A stretch of DNA of 64,000 bases from Flaccisagitta enflata. Lineage: Eukaryota. Below the pieces are notes generated by a model that made no database searches, had not been told where the DNA came from, and saw only the letters and a program-made list of their open reading frames with translations. Shown one piece after another: positions 56,853-64,000 of this stretch (the first letter of the stretch is position 1; each line of letters begins with the position of its first letter). The stretch spans positions 12,028,001 to 12,092,000 of the forward strand of contig OZ231126.1 in NCBI GenBank assembly GCA_965153355.1, written 5' to 3'. The position numbers and the translations under genes were made by a program.

Positions 56853-57007
56853 CACTTTTATTATTTATAAGAACGTCATTTTTTAGCCAAAGCCTTCAAA
56901 AGAGTTAGAGATAGCTACTAAAAAAATAACTACAATGTTCTTAATTTTGAAGCGATTTCAAGCCTTGATGTTCTTATAAACTAGGTTCTTATAAAAAATA
57001 AAAAGTG
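56853..57007. mobile_element. TA-TSD MITE (CACTTT..AAAGTG family) inserted in a HINE
   Basis: Reverse-orientation relative of 55212-55368; flanked by TA; surrounded by HINE motifs (GGGTGGGCAGGGGCAG..GGAGCAG before, ACCGACC after). Confidence 0.7.
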
Positions 57008-57295
57008 TACACCGAAAACGTAAAGCGTTACCGACCATCGGAAATAGCGGGTTCCTTATTTTTCTCTTTTCAAGAGCGGCGTCACGTGTGACCTGTGCTG
57101 GGTAGAGAAACATTAGGACCTGAATGTGTGTGTCGGATGACGCGATGAGTTATTTTGTGTATCGAATATGTTTCCAGGTTTCCTCCAATCGAATATTTTT
57201 CTGAAATCGTAAAATCATAAATTTTATGTTCAGTGAAATCCATGCCATGGGATTTGCTAGTGCTTGTGTGTCTGTCTCTGTCTGTTTCTGTCTGT

Positions 57296-57337
<42 letters not shown>

Positions 57338-59698
57338 TCGGAGCCAGCTTCGTCAATTTGCGCGCGAAGATGTTCTGCCACCTTTGGAAAACGGAAAATC
57401 CTTGTCACTGACGTTGTGTTTGACTGACCCAATGTCCGTACAGATGAAGATGCAGCAATGCACGTAATCTGTATCGAAGTTGTCTTAGGCTATAGTAAAA
57501 TATTAAGTTGTCAACTATTTCAAAATGCGCATAACACCCGCACATGTGTACGCTAGTATGTGTCTGCATTTATCTGTTACACTTTTTTCCTTTTTTTTCA
57601 GAACAAAGTTAGTAAGAAAATTAGGCTTAAAATTTTGAATTTCTTATTATGACATCATTTTTGTAGAAGTCATGTATGCAAGGTTAACACAACGTGAATC
57701 AACTGTGATGTTCACAAGAATCATTTAAAGCCTCATATTCTTTAAATCTTAGTTCTTATAAAACTGCAGGCGTGTATAAAGTTGAGTATTCCCCCCCCCC
57801 CGTTTGACGATGAAATTAAAAGCTTAAAAAAAAGAAAAAAGAAGACGTTTACAGATTTAACACTTTTTGTAGTACCAAAAGGTAAAATTTGATTACTGTA
57901 ACACAATTTAACACCATTTAAACCTATAAATAAACTGTTTCATTGCTTTGTGGGGAAAAAAATCATAGATTTTGTAATGTGACGCGGCGTGTTGTGGGGA
58001 AGAAAAAAAAATCAACAGCTGCTCAATCACATACACCCCTTTATAAAAATTAAAGAGTGTACTTTTTCTGCCTGGGTCTTCTTAAATTTTTGGCCGATTA
58101 GAGGCTCAAATTCTTGATTTTTTAGACTTATGATGAAATATGACAAAATGTATTGACACTATCGATAGGTAGTATTACATGTACGTCAAGTCAAAAACAT
58201 TGTCATAGAACTATGAATATGTTGCCTAATTTCACAGAAGTGTATTGAGCTTACCTTAACGTTTCTTTGTTAAGAGTCAACGACGACTTCATCAAGTTGC
58301 TCAATGATGTTCCTGTTGATTTTCTCGGGGGATCTGCTCGTTTATTTGGCCGATGTCTGCTTTGTTGATCTGCTTGTCGATTATGTCATGTGGCATATCA
58401 CTGGAGAAACTTTCCGCTTTAGGACCAAAAGGACCGTCAGACATATTTGTGTGACAAATCAATGATTTTGTCATTTTCAACGTATTTCAAAGACACCTTC
58501 ACCCGCTATCAAAGACGCGATGAGGTCAGATTAAGCCAAGATACAATATTGAAATTTGCATAAGTTACAGATTATTACTTACAGCAAGTGCATTCAAATC
58601 TTAATCAAACACAAAGGATGTTTCTACGTCATTCTACCCATATTGGTCATAAAGTATCTTAGTCGCGCAAAACTACAACCCGCTTTGTCCATCTGTACTT
58701 CTGTCAAACTTCACTTTTTTTTTACTCTTTTTTTTATTCGCGTGCTACGCGACTCAACACCCCGCTATGTCGGTCGGTCTGTCGGTCGGTTTATGGGTCG
58801 GTCCCCTTTTTACTTTTTCGGCGTTATTGAGCACTTTTCGCATACTGCTGCCCAGATGCCCTAGTGACTTTCTCCAGCACTGCTCCTGCCCACCCGCACG
58901 CGACTAGGGTAACCGTGTATCCAGCCTCGTTTCGTTAATGGGCTTTTTTTTGCACAATTGCACTTGCCCAAACGAAGTAAACTTCTTTTACTGCCCCTCC
59001 CCAACCACTCGCGACTTCGGTAGCCGTGTATCCAGGGTCTTGTTTTGAGCGCAATCAGACTTTTTTGACGCCAATCAGTATAAATTGCAAAGCGCCAATG
59101 ATAGCGGGTTTAATTCCTTCAGCTTCAATGATGGAATTTGACAAAGAGACGGGTTTGGCTTTACTAACGGTTCCAGCTTCATCAACGGATGCCGCTTCAT
59201 TGACCGCTTTTGCTTCATCGACCGTTTCTGTGTCATTGACGTAGGGAAATGTGGCCTCGAGATCATCGGTGTAGGGTGCCGTACGATCGCGGTTGTAGCT
59301 GCTTTCATCTATGCAATCAGGAACTGTCATTTTCTTGTCTGAACCTATTAGATCTAACGATATAATTGCTTTGTTAAAACATACTCTTATTCGAAAATTT
59401 CATATTAGGAAACGCCGACAGCTTCATCATCTAGCTTCCTATTCATTCCTTTTGGACTTGATCTCTTGGGAGTCCACTCATTATGCGTTTAATCCTAGTT
59501 TGGCTTTTCGCATTATTTTTCCAAGTTTTTTCGCCGCTGAATAATTTTTCTTGCTTGCAGAGCGAGCTCTGACATAACTAAATGGACAAAATAGGCGACT
59601 CTCCTTCTACAGCGTTTAGGCTGAGATGAAATCTTGACGTGCTTTGGCTAAATCCTCGGCCAAGTCCACCATCTTGACGTTTCCTGCAAAGATAATAG

Positions 59699-60228
59699 TA
59701 AGGGAGTACGAGATTCAGGAGTAAATCACTTTTTTCAAAATATCACCCTTGCTACCAGATAAACATGTGAGTAGGACTTAGATAAGGTGTTAGAAACTTT
59801 TTTCAGCTCAATTGGTTGAAAAAAACCCCTGGGCTCGCTTAAAAAACCAAATTTTCTATGGTTTTTTGCGTTTTTGCCAGTTATTTTTGGAAAGCAAGTG
59901 TTTCAATTTAATTCTAAAGCTATATTTCAACTTTAAAATTAAAAAGTGTGCCTGAAATAGTGAAAGGACACTGCCAGTCTAAGAATTGATTAAAAAAAAT
60001 CAATTTCTCTAAAAAAAAATGAATCTTTTAAACATTTAAAAGTGTTATTTTGCTTAAAATTCTTTCTGTGACTCTGTCTGCCTCTTTCACTCTTTTCTTT
60101 CCTCTTCTACTCTTTCTTCCCTCTCACCTTTCTCCCCTCCGACTGTCCCATCTCTCTCTCCCTCTCTCTCTCTTTCTCTCTCTCTTTTTCCTTCTCTAAC
60201 TCTTATCCTCTCTCTCTGTGTCTCTGTC

Positions 60229-60281
<53 letters not shown>

Positions 60282-62296
60282 TACAGTTGATTACGATGTC
60301 GATGTCGATCTTTAAACAAACCTCAACTTAACCAAAAAAAGAAAAGATCCTTATTAAGGAACATTTGTATGTCTTGATGTTACCTCTTCAATTTTTTGAG
60401 GAAGGAGTTTTTTTAAATTTTTTCTGTGAGGGTTAAGTGGATGATGACCAATATGAAGCATCATGTTGCAAAGCTCATTTCAAGCCTCCTCAAAGCTGAA
60501 TTTAAACCTGATTTTAAATCCAACTTAAAAACAAGTTCAGATCTTGCCTTTGATAATGAGGGAGCCAATATGTTGAAGGACAAGGAGCTCAAGGCCAAAC
60601 AGAAAGAAGTTCATCAAATTGAAGCAGATTTTTCAAAGTCTCAGAAAGAGATCATGAAAGCAAAGTTGGCCTTGACAGACAGTGAAGCAGACAAGCTGGC
60701 AAGAGATATGGCCAAAAATAAACTGATTTCTTTATGTGTTCAAAATGGAACAAAACACAAGTTTATTGCACCGCTCTCATCTCAAGCTGAGGTTAAAAAG
60801 TGCCATGACAGGATCAAAAAGCTGAGTGAGGCTGATCAGTTGGATATTTTGCGCCAAGAAGTTATGTTGAAAAAGGCTTTGTTTTCAGAAATGCCAAATG
60901 ATTTTGTCTATTTCAAGCAGTACAATATCACAGCCAAACAGATGTATGCAAATCTGCTTGCTTTGCACACAGTTGACCCATCTGACCAAGAGGTAATTAC
61001 TGTAGAAGATGTTTATGTGGCTTCTGAGTCAGTAGGTACTCAGTCTGCCAATAAGCAAGCCAAGAGGTCTAGGGTACCTGTGGAGGAGCCTCTGAGAGAC
61101 TTTAATTGGCCATTTCAGGAAGAAGAATTTGTTGTTACATTGCAAGAAGATGGCTGGAACCTTGGTTCTGTACAATCTTACAATCAGCAACAAGATAGCA
61201 TTTGTGTGCAAGCTCTCACTACTCTGAAAACAAGAGCAAAGGATGATCAAAGAAAAACATATTGGATCTATCCCAATGATGAAGTTTTTGATGACTTTGA
61301 ACGGAAACACATACTTGAAATCAGGCCTTCAGTCACCTTGGCTAAAAATGTAAAAAGAAAAGATTTGGTCTTTGCCCTTCTCAATCGTGAGATCATTGAG
61401 GCCATGTGGAGACAACTGATTGGCTCAGATGGGGCAGAATAATGGTTCAAAGTGCAATCTACACACACAGAACTCTTTGAGAGAGCTTATGAGTTTCAAA
61501 ATCATTGTGGGAGAACAGTCATTTGTAGTCATGTTGCATTAGAAAAAAACTGGCCTATGAAATGGTCTTTCTATTTATGTCCCTCCTGTCTCCCACACTC
61601 TGCTCTCTGATCCTCCCCATGATTTCTTACATATAGCATTTCCACATACGTGCAATTTTTTGACAATCACCCCAACTAAAACTCATACTTCCTATTTTTG
61701 CTCATCCAAATTGTCTGCTTGATCATTGGATCTTTTATTCAAGATTCTTACTCAGTTGTGTTTGGTATCAAAGCTTTTTTCATGTACTTCATTGTTTTAT
61801 GCAATTTCAATTTCTGAATAACGGTTGATGTGATTACAGATATTTACGTGTACTGAAGAAAATATCTGATTTTTTTCTTTCATCTTTTTTCAATTGGTGA
61901 GGTTATGATCAAATCAATTCAAGCTAGAAAAACAGAGTACTACTTGAAACGCTCAAGAATCATACCGTATTAATATAATATTGACTAATTCTTTTCAAGA
62001 ACAAAGAAGCTACTTATCATAAATGAAGAAATGTAGAGTCTATGCATTTAGATTCATGAAATAAGACATGAAAACTTAAGCAAGTTTTTTATTTTCACTA
62101 AAAAACTAATATTTTGTCTCAAAAACGCCTTAAAAATGCTAAAAATATGGTCGTTTTCATTTTTTGAGCCTGCCCAGGGGTTTTTTTCAAGCCACAGCCC
62201 CCAAATTGGTACAAACCCATATATTTTGAGTCTACTGAGCCAAAAAAAGGGTAGCAAGCTCATTTCCTTTCGGTGACCCATTCTCGTACTCCCTTA
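59699..62296 (+). mobile_element. Unclassified TIR DNA transposon, 2.6 kb, internally deleted, in intron 1 of the minus-strand gene
   Basis: TIR TAAGGGAGTACGAGA / TCTCGTACTCCCTTA plus mirrored subterminal motifs CTTGCTACC and TTGAAAAAAACCCCTGGGC; flanked by ATAATAG on both sides. Confidence 0.8.
60426..61442 (+). CDS. Transposon-borne 338-aa ORF, probably the C-terminal part of a transposase-associated protein
   Basis: Longest non-repetitive ORF in the window, intronless, located between the TIRs; helical charged region then ..APLSSQAEVKK..DILRQEVML..FKQYNITAKQMYANLLAL; no catalytic DDE core seen. Confidence 0.6.
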   Translation: MRVKWMMTNMKHHVAKLISSLLKAEFKPDFKSNLKTSSDLAFDNEGANMLKDKELKAKQKEVHQIEADFSKSQKEIMKAKLALTDSEADKLARDMAKNKLISLCVQNGTKHKFIAPLSSQAEVKKCHDRIKKLSEADQLDILRQEVMLKKALFSEMPNDFVYFKQYNITAKQMYANLLALHTVDPSDQEVITVEDVYVASESVGTQSANKQAKRSRVPVEEPLRDFNWPFQEEEFVVTLQEDGWNLGSVQSYNQQQDSICVQALTTLKTRAKDDQRKTYWIYPNDEVFDDFERKHILEIRPSVTLAKNVKRKDLVFALLNREIIEAMWRQLIGSDGAE

Positions 62297-63016
62297 ATAA
62301 TAGTAAGGTAATCGAACCTTAGGCTTTAGTAATGAAATCGGCCGCGTACGGGTATTTACGACGGGAAAATGACAACGAGTAGTACGCAAAACAATTTTCG
62401 ACTGATAGATGGACGGTGTTCACGGATGGATGAACGGACGTGGCCGCGTGCATGCGACTACAGAGCTACACAGAGCATATGCAAATTAATAAAAAATGAT
62501 GATCATAGTGATATCAAAGTATCTTGATCATAAACGCAATGTCTAGGTGTCTAGCAACACGGACGGATAGACTTACGCGACCAACATAAGTCGCCTGTTG
62601 TTGAATAGGAGGACGCATATTCAATAATAAGCGCGTCTAAAAACGCGATACTTTCAGACCTACACGCTCTTACGGCGTTTGCTAGTTCATAAAATACTAT
62701 GTTAATATAAGTTACCTTTTCCGTCGGTCGAGGCCGCTGCCAAAACGGCGGACAAAGCGATGATTTGAACGATTAGTTGCATTTTTGAAAATATTTGTTT
62801 CGTTGGTGAAGTTTCGTTCGCTTCCGTTGTCGGTATCGAGCAAATGTAAGATTGTTTGGTTTTTCGCAATCGTATTGGTAACATTCTCCAATCAGCCCGT
62901 TCGCTTCAGTGAAGTTAACTAATGCAAGTGTGCATGTTTTAAGGTAGTAGCTCTGTGACACCACCGACTCCGTGTAGTTACATTTCTTTCGAAATTGGTT
63001 ACACGGCAAACAAGAA

Positions 63017-63167
63017 TTTTTAGTCGCGTGCACGCGACTCTACAACCCGCTCTGTCCGTCTGTCGGTCGGTCCGTTGGTCCGTCTTTCGGTCCGTCACGC
63101 TTAGCTTTTTTCGCCGCCCCTGCCCACCCGCACGCGACTGAGGTAGCCGTGTTTTCGGCCTTGTTTT
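63017..63167 (+). mobile_element. HINE-like element (family 1)
   Basis: TTTTTAGTCGCGTGCACGCGACT, (GTCY)n-like repeats, CCCCTGCCCACCCGCACGCGACT, GCCG..CGGC hairpin, CTTGTTTTT. Further copies at ~34593, 36855, 45277, 46160, 47275, 58733. Confidence 0.75.
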
Positions 63168-63720
63168 TGAGTGACTGAACCGCCGTTTCGATACCGATGG
63201 ATCTTTCTCACTTCTAGAACTTCTATCGATGACAAATGCCACAAAGCTTAACCGTAGTGCACTCCCGTCAATTAACCAGTCTCGATTCGATTCTCTCAAA
63301 ATGTCGGAGTGCAATGTCAGAATTGAGCTCACCCATTTACATTTCCGCGACAAATAAATGCTAAGGTGTTTGACGCGACGTTAAGACAAAACCGGAAAAT
63401 TTCGCAAACGGAGGCAGCGTCAAAACGTTCAACGGTTTCCTCTTCGCCTCATCAGGGGAATGTGTAGGATTTTTGTTTGACTAGGCTCAAATGACGCATT
63501 GATCGATCATTTCTTGGTCTGGTTTGAACCCATTATATCTGTGCGTCCTAAGATCTTACCTACCATTTACTAAGTAAGCAGCAACCAAAACTAACTTCTA
63601 CTTCTAGTAGGAAACGTATCTTTTTCCCAGCCACCTGCAGAATAGGTTTAAGGTTTCGACTTTGCGAAGGAGACAATGAGTCAGGGTAACGAACAGTAAC
63701 TGTCACTCAAATCTCAGAAG

Positions 63721-63826
<106 letters not shown>

Positions 63827-64000
63827 AAAATCAGACGGAAACAAATAGGAAACAGATAGCCTAACAGACACACAAACAGACAGACAGCCAAATAGACAGA
63901 CAGACGATTGGATGAAACGACAGATAAGTAGAAAGATACGGAAAGACAATCAGAAAAAAAAGATTGATGTGTACGAAGGTAGGACCGACGATAAGCCAGA

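Larger units (their letters stand above)
57150..62782 (-). pseudogene. Probable damaged gene for an unknown secreted protein
   Basis: Clear first exon 62782-62716 MQLIVQIIALSAVLAAASTDGK with a GTAAC donor. Downstream exon-like blocks with splice sites at ~59683 (GNVKMVDLAEDLAKARQD then stop), ~59344-59095, ~58417-58256 (frameshift and stop), ~57489-57337 and ~57200-57150. No domain recognised. Confidence 0.4.

Overview
AT-rich, repeat-dense, intron-containing eukaryotic DNA, most likely an invertebrate animal (inference); no prokaryotic operons, CRISPR arrays or RNA genes were seen. Manual splicing gives two apparently intact plus-strand genes. One is a 7-exon secreted protein (15053-22044) with a basic cleavage-like motif, a Trp/Gly hydrophobic segment, a short coiled coil, a 6-Cys module, an insertion-bearing kringle and a hevein-like Cys domain. 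The other is a 15-exon FAM187-like two-Ig type I membrane protein (24846-39017) with a microsatellite-encoded poly-Ser inside an Ig domain. On the minus strand there is a coiled-coil + H-type-lectin pseudogene (54700-55900) and a damaged secreted-protein gene (about 57150-62782). The rest is DNA transposons: a deleted AcademX element, CAC..GTG 4-bp-TSD elements, hAT, Tc1/mariner-type and 9-bp-TSD MITEs, and many DINE-1/HINE-like Helentron derivatives, often nested 3-4 deep. There are also two 75-bp minisatellites, an 80-bp satellite of about 3.5 kb and long microsatellites. All gene models are by-eye reconstructions without transcript or database support.
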